Positions 1 through 11,200 of a stretch of DNA of 64,000 nt are shown here, in pieces. This stretch comes from Gemmatimonadota bacterium (lineage in GTDB: Bacteria > Gemmatimonadota > Gemmatimonadetes > Longimicrobiales > Gaopeijiaceae): positions 4,603-68,602 of the forward strand of contig QJYK01000207.1 in the NCBI GenBank assembly GCA_003248075.1. Direction: 5' to 3'. The notes below the pieces were generated by a model. The model saw only the letters and a list, made by a program, of their open reading frames with translations. It searched no databases and was not told where the DNA came from. A program made the translations under genes and the position numbers. Each line of letters opens with the position of its first letter. Position 1 is the first letter of the stretch.

Positions 1-1748
1 CCCGCTTCCGCGGTGAGCCGGTCGATGGGGCGCACGCGCGCCGCGAGGTACACACCCAGCTGGTGTCCATCCGGCGCCAAGCCGACCTCGACGCTATCCA
101 CGAGCCGTCCCGGCAGCTGGCCTTCGAGGAGCACCGGGGTCTCGGCAGAGCTGACGTAGTCGTACCGGGCCCGCAGCTTCTTGAAGTCCGCACCCACCTT
201 GAGCATCGCCCGCGACGTCAGCTCGATGCCCAGATCGTGCCGCAGCCCGACGAAGGAGAACTCACGGTCGTCCCGGGCGAAGATTCGGTCGGCCATACCT
301 GCGCGCCCGCGGTCCTCGACGAAGCCGAAACGCTCTCGCGTCACCCGGCCCACCGAGGTGACGGTGTTCGCGGACACACGGGGGTGTGGCACAGACTTCC
401 AGGTGAGCCAGGCGTAGCTGGAGCCCCAACCCGTATCGACGTCCACGGCGTCGAGGTCGTCCGCCCCATGGAGGCCGAAATCGTCTCGGGCATGGAGCAC
501 GTGGGCGCTGAGCAGATTGTGGTTGTCGGGCTGCCAGCTGACCCGGCCGAACGCGTCCCAGTACTGGGGAGACAGCCGCCGATCCTCTCCGATCAGCCGG
601 ATGAGGAGACCCATGAAGCCTCGGCGCCCCGACACGAGCCAGCTTCCACGCCCGTCCGCGAAACCGCCGCCGCTCATGGCCGTGACGTTGGTCACGCTCA
701 GACCCAGCGTCGTGCGTGTGTCGCCCACTTCGGTTCGGGACTTCATGTCGAAGATTCCGGTCATCTTCTCGCCGTGCTCGACACCGAAGCCCCCCACCGT
801 GAGCTCGACCCCGCCCAGCGCGTTGAGGTCCACGATCCCGAGGGCCCCGTCCCAGTCCTTCATGTGGTAGGGCTCGTACAGCTCCAGCCCGTCCAGGCGG
901 ACCGCGACCTCTCCGTCCCTGCCGCCGCGGATGTTGAGCCGCGTCGAGATGTCGTGTGAAGCGACTCCAGGGAGCCGCTTCATCGATCGGAACACGTCCT
1001 CCCCCACCTGGGGCATCGTCTGGATCTCTTCACGCGAGAGCGCCTGGACCGCTCCCGGTGGAATGTCCTCCAGGATGCTGAACGTCCCGGGTGCCACCAG
1101 GATCTCGGGGAGTGGAATGGGCTCCCTGGCCAGTCTGACCGTGACGCGCGCCGTATCCGCTGCTTCGACGCGCACCTCGTCGATCAGGGCGGCCGCCCAC
1201 CCCACTGAGGTCACCCTGAGCCGCCGCAGGCCGGCGGGGACGTCGCTGAGGACGAAGCGCCCGGCTCCATCCGACAACACGCCTCGCCCGTCGTCGAGCT
1301 GGATCATGGCGTTGACCACGGGTGATCCGCCCTCGTCCAACACGCGGCCCAGGATGCATCCGGCCTGTGGGAGTGGGGTCCGCGGCTCGAGCGGCACGAT
1401 TCGGATCAAGGTCCCACTCGAGCGGAAGGTGAGCCCCGTGCCCTGGAGAATGCGTTCCAGGGCCTGGCGGACGGTGACATCCTGGCAGACGCAGCGCACG
1501 CCCCCGGACGCCGGCAGCAGGTCGGGACTGTACACGAGCGACACCCCCGCGCTCCGACCGAGCATGCGGAGCGCCTGCTCGATTCCCTGCCCCTGGACCG
1601 TGAGGCGCGCGAACGCCTCCAGCGGCGACTGGGCAGCCACGACCGACGGGCTGATGGCGAGCGCCGCCAGCGCGCATCCCCCGACCACTGCCCTCCTGCG
1701 GCGCGTTCCTCCACGCGATCGCGCTGCTTGTTCCGATCCCGTTCTCAT
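1..1748 (-). CDS. TonB-dependent receptor with N-terminal STN signalling domain and carboxypeptidase-regulatory-like domain (3' end runs off the window)
   Basis: Absent from the ORF track; translated by hand from ATG at 1748 with a GGGAG RBS. Signal peptide, STN-like segment (IEQALRMLGRSAGVSLVYSPDLL), CarboxypepD_reg-like segment (ILGRVLDEGGSPVVNAMI), plug motif (DVFRSMKRLPGV..LNIRGG..VRLDG). Lies next to an ECF sigma and FecR. Confidence 0.9.
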   Translation of the reverse strand, partial: MRTGSEQAARSRGGTRRRRAVVGGCALAALAISPSVVAAQSPLEAFARLTVQGQGIEQALRMLGRSAGVSLVYSPDLLPASGGVRCVCQDVTVRQALERILQGTGLTFRSSGTLIRIVPLEPRTPLPQAGCILGRVLDEGGSPVVNAMIQLDDGRGVLSDGAGRFVLSDVPAGLRRLRVTSVGWAAALIDEVRVEAADTARVTVRLAREPIPLPEILVAPGTFSILEDIPPGAVQALSREEIQTMPQVGEDVFRSMKRLPGVASHDISTRLNIRGGRDGEVAVRLDGLELYEPYHMKDWDGALGIVDLNALGGVELTVGGFGVEHGEKMTGIFDMKSRTEVGDTRTTLGLSVTNVTAMSGGGFADGRGSWLVSGRRGFMGLLIRLIGEDRRLSPQYWDAFGRVSWQPDNHNLLSAHVLHARDDFGLHGADDLDAVDVDTGWGSSYAWLTWKSVPHPRVSANTVTSVGRVTRERFGFVEDRGRAGMADRIFARDDREFSFVGLRHDLGIELTSRAMLKVGADFKKLRARYDYVSSAETPVLLEGQLPGRLVDSVEVGLAPDGHQLGVYLAARVRPIDRLTAEA

Positions 1749-1780
1749 CACCCCCCTCCCGTTCTCATCCCCGTTCCACC

Positions 1781-2038
1781 TTACGCCTCGGGGCCGATCC
1801 GGCCGGCGGCGCTGATCCCCGGTACACCCAACCTCCCCATCACGCGAGCCGTGATCGACAGCGCGAGCTGCACGGCATCACCCACCACCCCTCCGTTCCA
1901 CACCCAATCGAGGAGCTCCTCCAGGAGCGGCCACTGACCGATCGTCCTCTTCGCCAGGGTCAACGATACGGTGGCCAAGATCACCACCAGCAGCCGTAAC
2001 CGGCGTCTCCTCTCCTCACCACCACCCGTCCGTCCCAT
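1781..2038 (-). CDS. Small hypothetical membrane protein (~85 aa)
   Basis: ATG at 2038 with GGGAGG upstream; basic stretch then hydrophobic LRLLVVILATVSLTLA; same strand as the receptor and directly upstream of it. Confidence 0.45.
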   Translation of the reverse strand: MGRTGGGEERRRRLRLLVVILATVSLTLAKRTIGQWPLLEELLDWVWNGGVVGDAVQLALSITARVMGRLGVPGISAAGRIGPEA

Positions 2039-2333
2039 CCGCCCCATCCTCCCTTTCCCGCCGGGCCACTCCACCCGAGATCGTCCTGCCTCTCCCGGAG
2101 GCCTCCCCGTGGCACCGATCCGTCGGCGCCTCGACCCATACACGTGCGGCGGCGCGCGTCTCTACCAATTCGCCCTCCGCGACCGGCTTGCGGCACCGTC
2201 GGCCAGGACCGATCGTTCGGGGTCGTACGACGGCGGCAGTCCACCTGCCCGGGCTGGCGTCTCCCCGAAGCACCACGCCCCTGGAGCGTTGCAGCTGCGC
2301 CGCCTCGCCACCCGGGGGAAGGCGTCCGAGTCG

Positions 2334-2903
2334 ATGCCCGATCCGGAGCTACCGCCGGACAGCGAGCTCATCCAGGGGATTCGCTCCGGCGATCCGCGAG
2401 TTCTCGCGCGCCTCCAGACCGCCTATTGGGGCAGGCTGGTCCAGTTCGCCGACCGGATCCTCGACGGCGGCTCCGACCCGCAGGACGTCGTTCAGGAGGC
2501 CTTCATCCGGCTCTGGACACACCGGGAGCGCTGGAGCCCCGAGGGATCGGTGCGCTCGCTCCTGTACACCGTGACGCGGAACGCCGCGCTCGACGAACGC
2601 CGACGTGGCGCGCGGCGCGCGAAGGCCACCCTGTCGGTGGACCCCCCCGCTGGCCGTGACGGTCCCGCCGACGATGCCGTGGCCGACGAGCTTCTGCGCG
2701 CCGCGGCCGACGCGGTCTCCCGATTGCCGCCCAAACGCCAGGAGGTGTTTCGCCTGGCGCGTGAGGAGGGACTCACGTACGCGGAGATCGCGAGGGTTCT
2801 GGAGGTCTCGCCCCAGACGGTGGCGAATCAGATGAGCCTCGCCCTGGGTGACCTCCGACGGGCCCTCGCCGCGTACCTCGAGGAAGAGGCGCCCTCGCGG
2901 TAA
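2334..2903 (+). CDS. ECF RNA polymerase sigma factor (FecI-like)
   Basis: Region 2 motif DVVQEAFIRLW and region 4 LPPKRQEVFRLAREEGLTYAEIARVLEVSPQTV; start trimmed to MPDPEL. Confidence 0.93.
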   Translation: MPDPELPPDSELIQGIRSGDPRVLARLQTAYWGRLVQFADRILDGGSDPQDVVQEAFIRLWTHRERWSPEGSVRSLLYTVTRNAALDERRRGARRAKATLSVDPPAGRDGPADDAVADELLRAAADAVSRLPPKRQEVFRLAREEGLTYAEIARVLEVSPQTVANQMSLALGDLRRALAAYLEEEAPSR

Positions 2904-2983
2904 GCGTTTCGATTGGTAGAACCCTCCGGTCCCCGACGTGTCAGGGGCGGAGTCCCACGAAAAAGAGTCCTGGAGCGAACCTG

Positions 2984-3979
2984 GTGGACGAGCGGATCAT
3001 CGAGGTACTGGCCGGCAACGCCTCCCCTTCCCGTGAGGAAGAGGTGCGGCGGTGGCGGCAGGCATCCGCTGAGAACGAGGCTCACTATCAGGCGACCCGT
3101 CGTCTGTGGCGAGCGACCGAGCCCTCTGTGCTGGCCGAGGTCCGCGAGCCGGTGGATCCCAGCCTCATCGTCGCGGCATCGGAGGAGCGACGCCTCGCCG
3201 GCGGCGCTCCGGTGGTGATCCCTCTCGCGGCCGTGGCTCGGCCGCGAGGCCGTCTCCGGCGTACGGCCGCCTGGGGCCTCGCGGCGGCCGCCGCCGTGGT
3301 CGCCCTGGCGTTCGGGATCTCCGTGCGTCAGCCGGTTCCGGGCGCCGGACCCCTGGCCACCCTCACGGCAGGCGCGCAGACGGCGCGCACGGTGGTCCTC
3401 GAAGACGGGAGCTTCGCGCGGCTCGCTCCGGGAGCCGAGCTTCAGGTATGGGACTCGCCCGAGGAGCGGCGCGTCGGGCTGACCGGGCGTGCCTTCTTCG
3501 CCGTGGCCCACGACGAGACCCTCCCGTTCGTCGTCGAGGCAGCAGACACCCGGACGACGGTGCTGGGGACGCGCTTCGAGGTCGCCACCGCTGGCGCGAC
3601 CGTGCGCACGATCGTGGTGGACGGACGCGTCGCGGTCTCCAACGAGCGCGGCTCGGTGGAGGTCGTGGGCGGAAGCCTCGCACGCTCCGAGCCGGGGGCC
3701 CCTCCGACCCGAGAGGTCGTGGCAGACGTCTACGCGCTCCTCGACTGGCCGGAGGGAGTCCTCCTGTTCCAAGGCACCCCCCTGGCCCAAGTCGCGGATG
3801 AGGTGGCCCGCCGCTTCGACCGCACTGTGGAGGTTCGGGGCGAGGGGCTACCGGAGCTCCGCATCTCCGGCTCGTTCGAGGACGAGTCGTTCGAGGAGGT
3901 CGTCCTCGCGCTCTGCGAAACGTCGGGCGCGCGCTGCTCACTGACCACGTCCGGAGCCGTGATCGGACCGAACGAGTAG
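2984..3979 (+). CDS. FecR-family anti-sigma factor
   Basis: N-terminal W..AS.EN motif, one TM helix, FecR domain (VLEDGS, GRAFFAVAHD, VLGTRFEV), C-terminal F.GTPL..V...ISGSF. Confidence 0.92.
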   Translation: MDERIIEVLAGNASPSREEEVRRWRQASAENEAHYQATRRLWRATEPSVLAEVREPVDPSLIVAASEERRLAGGAPVVIPLAAVARPRGRLRRTAAWGLAAAAAVVALAFGISVRQPVPGAGPLATLTAGAQTARTVVLEDGSFARLAPGAELQVWDSPEERRVGLTGRAFFAVAHDETLPFVVEAADTRTTVLGTRFEVATAGATVRTIVVDGRVAVSNERGSVEVVGGSLARSEPGAPPTREVVADVYALLDWPEGVLLFQGTPLAQVADEVARRFDRTVEVRGEGLPELRISGSFEDESFEEVVLALCETSGARCSLTTSGAVIGPNE

Positions 3980-3994
3980 CGCCTCGGGCGAACA

Positions 3995-6004
3995 TCAGGC
4001 CCCGGGCGGGTCCGCCTCCCCACCAAACAGCGCCGAGGCGGCGCTGATCTCTTCGGCGAGTCCGAGGACGACGAGCGCATCGCCCGCCTCCACCACGGAA
4101 TCGCCGCCGGGATTCGGAATCGTCTCCTCGCCACGTCGGATGGCCAGCACGGAGACACCGTACAGCCTTCGGAGGTCGGTGTCGGCGAGCCGATGGCCCA
4201 CGATCGAGCCCCCTTCTCTGACCCTCAGCGTCGTGATCTCGACGTCGGTCAGGGACCCACCCAGGTCGGACAGCGAGAGCGAGGTCGAGGCAGCAGTGCG
4301 GAGCATCTCGTATCCACCGGCGCGCAGCTCGGCCAGGAACGCCTCGATCTCTCGCCTCGGTACCAGGTAGACGCCAAGGAGGCGCGCGACGATCTCGACC
4401 GATGTCTCCAACTCTTCCGGAATCACGACGTCGGCCCCGGCATCGCGGAGGGGCTCGACTTCGCTGAGGTGCCGGGTGCGCGCGATGATTCGGCACCCCG
4501 GGGCAAGGTCCCGGAGCTGTGCCGTGATCATGCGCGTGGCCGCCGCGTCCGAGATCGCGACGACGGCGACCCGCGCCGTTCCCACGCGAAGGTGCTCCAG
4601 CATGGGTCTTTGCGTGGCGTCGCCGAAGAGGATGGGCACCCCTTCCGTGCGCGCCGCGGCGACGATCGTCGGGTTCATGTCGATCGCGACGACGGGTACG
4701 CCGGCGACGCGTGCCGCGCTGGCGACATTGCGGCCGTTCAGGCCGAAGCCGATCACGACGACGTGGTCACTGGTCGGCGGGGTATCCCCACCCCCGTGCG
4801 GCAGCGGAGACAGTCCGCCAACGCGAACCCACTGCGGCAACGGGAGCGAGGACAGCGCCCGGGCCAAGCGCGGCCCCGCGGCCATCAGGAACGGCGTGAC
4901 CCCAATGGAGGCGACCGCCACGACCAGGAACCACCGGTAGGCCTCGGAGGAGAGCAATCCCTCGGCGAGGCCATTCCGGGCGAGCACGAACGAGAACTCG
5001 CCTACCTGAGACAATGCCACCCCCGACAGCACCGCCGTGGCAAGAGACGTCCGCAGGACCAGTGCCGCGGCGCCCGCGACGATTCCCTTCACGAGCAGGA
5101 CACCGGTCACCAGCGCCAGCACACCCGCAGGCTCGCTCGCCACCAGGCCCACGTCCAGAAGCATTCCGATCGAGATGAAGAAGAAGCTGGCGAAGAGGTC
5201 CCGAAAGGGGAGGATGTCCGACAACGCCTGGACGCTGTAGTCGGACTCGGAGACGATCAGACCTGCCAGGAAGGCGCCGAGAGCCAGCGAAAGACCCGCC
5301 TCTGCCGCACCCCAGGCCGTGGCCAGGCACATCGCGACGATCGAGAGCAGGAACAGATCGCGACTCCGTGTGCGCACGATTGCCCGCAGGAGGCGCGGCA
5401 CCACGGCGCGAGCGAGCAGGAGCACGGCCGCGAGCACGACCGCTGCCTTCAGCGCGAAGCCGGCCAGCGCGCCGCCGAAGCTCCCCTGCATCCCCCCAAG
5501 GACCGGGATGAGCAGCATCATCGGCACGATCATCAGATCCTGGTAGACCAGGATCGCGAGGCCGAGCCGACCGTGGGGGGCGTCGAGCTCGGCCCGACTT
5601 TGGAGCAGCCGTATCACGACGGCGGTGCTGCTCAGGCTCGCGATCAGTCCGAGGAAGAAGGCCTGGCTACCGGTGACTCCCGCCATTCGAAGGAGCCCGA
5701 ACGTGACGGCCACGACCCCCAGCACCTGGACGGATCCCCCCAAGAGGACCGCGCGTTTCATGCGCAGAAGTTCGGCAAGGGAGAACTCGAGGCCTACGGA
5801 GAAGAGCACCAGGATGACGCCGATCTCCGCAAGCAGCTCGACCTCGTCGACACCCTGGACGACGCCGAGGCCATGGGGCCCCAGGAGCACCCCGGTGATG
5901 AGGAAGCCCACCACCGGTGGCAGACGCGCGCGGTGGGACAGGTAGACGACGACGATAGAAACCCCGAGGAGGATCACGACGTCGGTCAGGATCGGTTGAT
6001 GCAT
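3995..6004 (-). CDS. CPA2-family cation:proton antiporter (Kef-type) with TrkA-N and TrkA-C domains
   Basis: Many TM helices, LSSTAVV, YQD, LSQVGEFSFVL, Rossmann GFGLNG, C-terminal RCK_C domain. Confidence 0.93.
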   Translation of the reverse strand: MHQPILTDVVILLGVSIVVVYLSHRARLPPVVGFLITGVLLGPHGLGVVQGVDEVELLAEIGVILVLFSVGLEFSLAELLRMKRAVLLGGSVQVLGVVAVTFGLLRMAGVTGSQAFFLGLIASLSSTAVVIRLLQSRAELDAPHGRLGLAILVYQDLMIVPMMLLIPVLGGMQGSFGGALAGFALKAAVVLAAVLLLARAVVPRLLRAIVRTRSRDLFLLSIVAMCLATAWGAAEAGLSLALGAFLAGLIVSESDYSVQALSDILPFRDLFASFFFISIGMLLDVGLVASEPAGVLALVTGVLLVKGIVAGAAALVLRTSLATAVLSGVALSQVGEFSFVLARNGLAEGLLSSEAYRWFLVVAVASIGVTPFLMAAGPRLARALSSLPLPQWVRVGGLSPLPHGGGDTPPTSDHVVVIGFGLNGRNVASAARVAGVPVVAIDMNPTIVAAARTEGVPILFGDATQRPMLEHLRVGTARVAVVAISDAAATRMITAQLRDLAPGCRIIARTRHLSEVEPLRDAGADVVIPEELETSVEIVARLLGVYLVPRREIEAFLAELRAGGYEMLRTAASTSLSLSDLGGSLTDVEITTLRVREGGSIVGHRLADTDLRRLYGVSVLAIRRGEETIPNPGGDSVVEAGDALVVLGLAEEISAASALFGGEADPPGA

Positions 6005-6040
6005 GGCTCTGGCGGGGCGGTCAGGTGATCCGGTTTCGGA

Positions 6041-6922
6041 TCAGGGGGTGATGCGCGTCTCCGTGGAAGTCTCGAGATCGAACAGCCAGAGCGCGGTGCT
6101 CGGCGGGGCGCCCCGGACGAAGCTCAGCCAACGACCGAGGGGCGCCGCGCGCGGCGCCGCCCCGTCCGCCAGCACGAACTGCCGCTCCCCGCCCGACGCC
6201 GGGCGCCAGAACACCGAGTCGTTCTGCCCGAAGTAGATGCGCTCGCCGTCGGCAGACCAGTCGGGCTCGGTTCCTTCGCCGATCCGGGTCAGTCCATTCC
6301 CCCCCGGGGCACTCACGTAGACGACCTCGGTCCCGTCCTCGACCGTCGTAAAGGCGATCGAGCTCCCGTCGGGCGCCCACGCCGGCGACCGGTGGCTGGT
6401 CCCAGGGGCCGTGACCGTCATCGGGGTCGGCTCTCCGCCCTGGGCGTCCATCAACCAGAGACGCTCGCCCTGCCCCCCGCGGTCGGAGACGAACACGATG
6501 CGCCGTCCACCCGGCGCATAGTCGGGGTCGCTGTCGTGGGCGGGGCCCGAGGTGAGGGGCTCGGCTCCGGTGCCGTCGGGCCGAACCCGCACGATGTCGC
6601 CTCCCGACCCGAACGCGACCCACAGCCCGTCCGGGGCCCATGACGCCCGTTCGCCGGGCGCGCGCCCGAGGGGCAGTCCCGTGGCCGGCTCGGGGACCAC
6701 GCCCTCTCTCGTGGGCCCGAGCAGACCGAAGAGGCGCACGTCGCCGCCGCGGTCCCACGTCACCACGAGCCGCTGACCGTCGGGGGACCAGGCCGCGTCG
6801 ATCACGGCGTCCACGGCGGGCGCCGGAGTGGAGTTGTCCGCGACCGGGGGCGCCTCGGGAGCCGACCGGTCGAGACAGGCCGCGGCAGCGAGCGCCAGCA
6901 CGGAGAGCAGCACCCTGCCCAT
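6041..6922 (-). CDS. TolB-like PD40-repeat lipoprotein
   Basis: Lipobox AAAC; repeated WSPDG/WAPDG/YAPGG motifs. An upstream start at 6973 or 6982 is possible. Confidence 0.85.
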   Translation of the reverse strand: MGRVLLSVLALAAAACLDRSAPEAPPVADNSTPAPAVDAVIDAAWSPDGQRLVVTWDRGGDVRLFGLLGPTREGVVPEPATGLPLGRAPGERASWAPDGLWVAFGSGGDIVRVRPDGTGAEPLTSGPAHDSDPDYAPGGRRIVFVSDRGGQGERLWLMDAQGGEPTPMTVTAPGTSHRSPAWAPDGSSIAFTTVEDGTEVVYVSAPGGNGLTRIGEGTEPDWSADGERIYFGQNDSVFWRPASGGERQFVLADGAAPRAAPLGRWLSFVRGAPPSTALWLFDLETSTETRITP

Positions 6923-7021
6923 CCTCAACGCGGCCCGCTGGCCAGGCCCCCGCGGCGGGCGCGTTGCCCTCATGCCTCGCACAGTACGACCGTCACCGCC
7001 CCGGAGCGACGTCGAGGGCCG

Positions 7022-8122
7022 TCACCCGATCACCTCGCGATACACCCGATACACGTTTTCCCCCATGATCCGCTCCACGTCGCGCGCGGCGTATCCGCGC
7101 CGCACGAGTCCGTCCCAGACGACCTCCATTCGACGTGGACCGTTCAGCTCGTCGATGAAGTAGGGAAGCTCGCTGTCCGTCACCTGGCTCCCTTCCTCGC
7201 GCCGCAGCTCGGCGACGTACTCGGGCGTCATGGTGATCACCCGATGGTCGCGGTCACTGCCGATGCACACGTGCTCGATGCCACAGACCTGAACCGCGTG
7301 GTCGATATGGTCGAAGTATGCGTGCAGGTTGGTCTGCTTCTTCGCGGTGAGGAACGGTCTCAGCTGGCACATTCCCACCACGCCGCCGGTCTGGGCGACG
7401 CCCCGCAGGTTCTCGTCCGTCGTATTACGCAAGTGAGGGTAGACCGCATCGCACGCGGTGTGGGAGATGATCACCGGCTCGGAGGTGTGGGCGATCACGT
7501 CCCGCATGGTCGACATGTTCGCGTGGGAAAGATCGACGAGCATCCCGACGTCGTTCATGCGCTCGACGAGCTCCCGCCCGAAGGCCGTGAGCCCTCCGTC
7601 GTCTCCTTCGGCCCGGCACCCGACACCAGCGCGGTTTCGCTCGTTGTACGTGATCTGCGCACTGCGTAGCCCGAGCCTGTGGAACATGTCGACGCGGTCG
7701 AGATCGTCTCCGAACTGCTCCGAGTTCTGACACAAGTAGAAGACGGACATCCGCCCCGAAAGGCGTGCGCGGTCTATGTCCGCGACGGACGTCGCAGCCA
7801 GCAACAGCTCGGGGTTCTCGGCGACGAAGCGATCGTACGTCAGCAGTCCGTCGACGGCGAGCTCGAGCGCCTCGGCGCCCACGGGCTTGGGATCACAGAT
7901 GGTGACGGTGATCGAATCGATGCCGCTGGCAAGCATCTCACCGATGAGCGGGGCATCGTATTCGGGACGGAGTTCGCCCATCGCGTCGACGATCAGGGCA
8001 CGGGGATCCGGTATGCCGAGTCGGACCTCGTGCCGGAACGGGACCGTCGACGTCCACGGTCCGCCTCCCACGACGGTCAACGTCGAAGCGGATGCGGCCT
8101 TCACGAAGTCTCTTCGGTCCAT
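7022..8122 (-). CDS. Tat-exported membrane dipeptidase-like amidohydrolase (M19 family)
   Basis: MDRRDFVK twin-arginine signal; GLRSAQITYN, VDLSH, IISHT, IGSD and MGENVYRV motifs. Confidence 0.88.
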   Translation of the reverse strand: MDRRDFVKAASASTLTVVGGGPWTSTVPFRHEVRLGIPDPRALIVDAMGELRPEYDAPLIGEMLASGIDSITVTICDPKPVGAEALELAVDGLLTYDRFVAENPELLLAATSVADIDRARLSGRMSVFYLCQNSEQFGDDLDRVDMFHRLGLRSAQITYNERNRAGVGCRAEGDDGGLTAFGRELVERMNDVGMLVDLSHANMSTMRDVIAHTSEPVIISHTACDAVYPHLRNTTDENLRGVAQTGGVVGMCQLRPFLTAKKQTNLHAYFDHIDHAVQVCGIEHVCIGSDRDHRVITMTPEYVAELRREEGSQVTDSELPYFIDELNGPRRMEVVWDGLVRRGYAARDVERIMGENVYRVYREVIG

Positions 8123-8260
8123 GGTGTTCCTCCCGGACGGGAGCGTATCGCGGGCTCATCGAGCGGGCAACTCGCGTGTCCCCGTCCACACGTACAGGTC
8201 TGTCGGCCCGCGGGTCCCTGAGGTACGATCCGGACGTCGCGACAAACCCGGAGGGCTCTC

Positions 8261-11200
8261 ATGCACGCACGTCTCCTGGCCGCGCTCGTGGCGCTGGCCA
8301 CGCTCCCGCTCTCGACACTGGCGCAGTCCCCTGCGCTCCCGGATGGTGCCCTCGGCCTCTACCGCTACCCGGCGCTCCACGGCGACCGCATCGTGTTCGC
8401 GGCGGAGGGGGACCTCTGGCGCGTTTCCGTGACGGGAGGTCTGGCGCAGCGGCTCACCACCCACCTGGCCGACGAGCGCGACCCCGTCATCTCGCCGGAC
8501 GGGCGAACCGTCGCCTTCACGGCCCGGTACGAGGGCCCGGCGGAAGTATACACGATGCCGATCGACGGCGGCCTTCCGGTACGCCGCACGTACGAGCCGG
8601 AGCTGTCGCTGGCCACGGCCTGGAGGCCCGACGGCCGGCTCGTGTACACGACCACGCACTACTCGACGCTGCCGCAGAACCAGCTGGTCGCGCTGGATCT
8701 CGCGAGCGGCGCCAGCGAGCGGATCCCGCTCTATACTGCGTCCGAGGGGTCGTGGGACGCGAGCGGGCAAACGCTGTACTTCGTGCGCCCCGCGTTCCAC
8801 AACAACGTCACGAAGCGATACGTGGGTGGAACCGCCAGGGATATCTGGAAGTTCGAAAGGGCCGCCAGCGAAGCCGTCGAGCTCACGGGAGACTACGCGG
8901 GCGAGAGCCATTCACCCATGTGGTACGACGGCCGGGTCTACTTCGTGAGCGACCGGGACGGCACCATGAACCTCTGGTCGATGGACGAAAGCGGTGGCAG
9001 CCTCCGGCAGCTCACGCGCCATTCGGGCTGGGACGTCAAGGAGCCCGATCTCCAGGACGGACGCATCGTCTACCAGCTCGGTGCCGATTTGCGCCTGTTC
9101 GACATCGGCTCCGGCCGCGACGCCCTCGTGCCCATCACGCTCGCGTCCGACCTCGAGCAGCTGCGGGAGAAATGGATCGACACGCCCCTGGAGTACCTGA
9201 CTTCCGCGCACTTGGACCCGGACGGTTCCCACGTCGTGCTCACCGCGCGCGGCCGGGTCTTCGTGGCGCCCACGGGAGCCGGACGCCTCGTGCGGGCATC
9301 CGTCAAGGAAGGCGTGCGCTATCGGGACGTGACCTTCCTTCCCGACGGCGAGACGCTCCTTGGCCTCTCGGACGCATCGGGCGAGTTCGAGTGGGTGACG
9401 CTGCCGGCCGCGGGCGTGGGTCAGGAGCATGCACTCACCCGGGACGGTGAAGTGCTCCGGTACGGCGGTGCGGTCTCGCCCGACGGTGCGCGCTTGGCGT
9501 ACGTGGATCACCACCGGGACCTGTGGGTGCTCGAGTTGGCGTCCGGGCGTCAGCGGGCGATCAATGGTCAGCGCGAAGGGGCGGGCGATCCGGCGTGGTC
9601 GGCGGACTCGCGATGGCTCGCGTTCTCGGAGACGGCGCCCAACACGTTCGCCCAGATCAAGCTGTACGACACCCGCAACGGCGAAGTCACCACCGTCACC
9701 TCGGACCGGGTCAACAGCGTCGCCCCTGCATGGGATGCGGAGGGCGACTTCCTCTACTTCCTCTCGGACCGCAACCTGACGTCGAGCGTCGGCCAACCAT
9801 GGGGGAGCCGTCAGCCCGAGCCCTACTTCGACAACCAGTGGGAGATCTACCAGATCGGCCTACGTCCGGGAGTGCGCTCCCCGTTCCGGCCCCACGACGA
9901 GCTGGCCCCCGGGGGATCCGGTGACGCGGGCACCGCGGGAGGGGATCGAGGCTCACCGACCGGGCGCGCACCCACTCCGGTCGAGATCGCGCTCGAGGGG
10001 ATCGCGATGCGCCTGGCCAGGGTCCCCGTGCCAGCCGGCAACTACGGCAACCTGAGCGCCAACGCCACCGCGCTCTTCTTCCAGTCGCGCGAGGCCGGAC
10101 AGTTCGGGGGTGGCGCCCTGGTCGCGGTCCCGTTCGCCGGCGACGAGCACGCGTCGGTCACGGTCGCGGAGAACGTCCAGGGTTACGAGCTCAGCGGTGA
10201 CGGCAAGAAGCTGCTCCTGCGGCAGCGCAACGCGCTCTCCGTGGTGGACGCCAGGGCGCAGAAGCCGGCGAGCCTCGCCGATGCCCGCATCGATCTGTCG
10301 GGATGGAGCTTCCCCATCGACGTGCGGGAGGACTGGCGTCAGATCTTCGTCGACGCCTGGCGGATGGAGCGGGACTATTTCTACGACCCCGGCATGCACG
10401 GTGTCGACTGGGTGGGGGTGCGTGACAAGTACCTCCCGCTCGTCGAGCGGGTCACCACGCGGGAGGAGCTGTCCGACGTCATCGGTCGTGTCATCGGTGA
10501 GCTCTCGGCACTGCACACCAGCGTGCGGGGTGGAGACATGCGCCAGGGCGAAGACGACATCTCGGTCGCCACGCTGGGCGCCCGGCTCGAGCGTGACGCC
10601 GGCGCGGGCGGTTGGCGTATCGACTACGTGTACAGGTCGGATCCGGACTACCCGGAAGAGCTCTCCCCGCTGGCCGACCCGTCGGTCGATGTCCGCGAGG
10701 GCGACGTCATCGAGCAGGTGAACGGCGTCGCTACCCTGGACGTCCCGCACATCGGCGCGCTGCTACGCAACCAGGGCGGGAAGCAGGTCCGGCTGCGCGT
10801 GCGCGCACGCGGGGCGGAAGCCCGCGACGTGGTCGTCACGGCCACCACCTCCGAGCAGAGCCTCCGCTACTCGGACTGGGAGTACACGCGACGCCTCAAG
10901 GTCGAGGAGGACGGCGACGGCCGCATCGGCTATGTCCACCTGCGCGCCATGAGCGGCGGCAACCTCACGGAGTGGTACCGGAATTTCTACCCGGTCTTCG
11001 ACCGCCAGGGTCTCATCATCGACGTGCGTCGGAACTCGGGAGGCAACATCGATTCGTTCATCCTCGAGAAGCTGATGCGCCGCGCCTGGATGTACTGGCA
11101 GGACAACGTCGGGGCGCCGAGCTGGAACATGCAGTACGCGTTTCGCGGGCACATGGTCGTGCTCGTGGACCAGAACACGGCCTCCGACGGCGAGGCGTTC

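Noticed and set aside
63..1815. Plus-strand ORFs 63..959 and 931..1815
   Set aside because: Antisense shadows of the TonB receptor, which has clear motifs on the minus strand.
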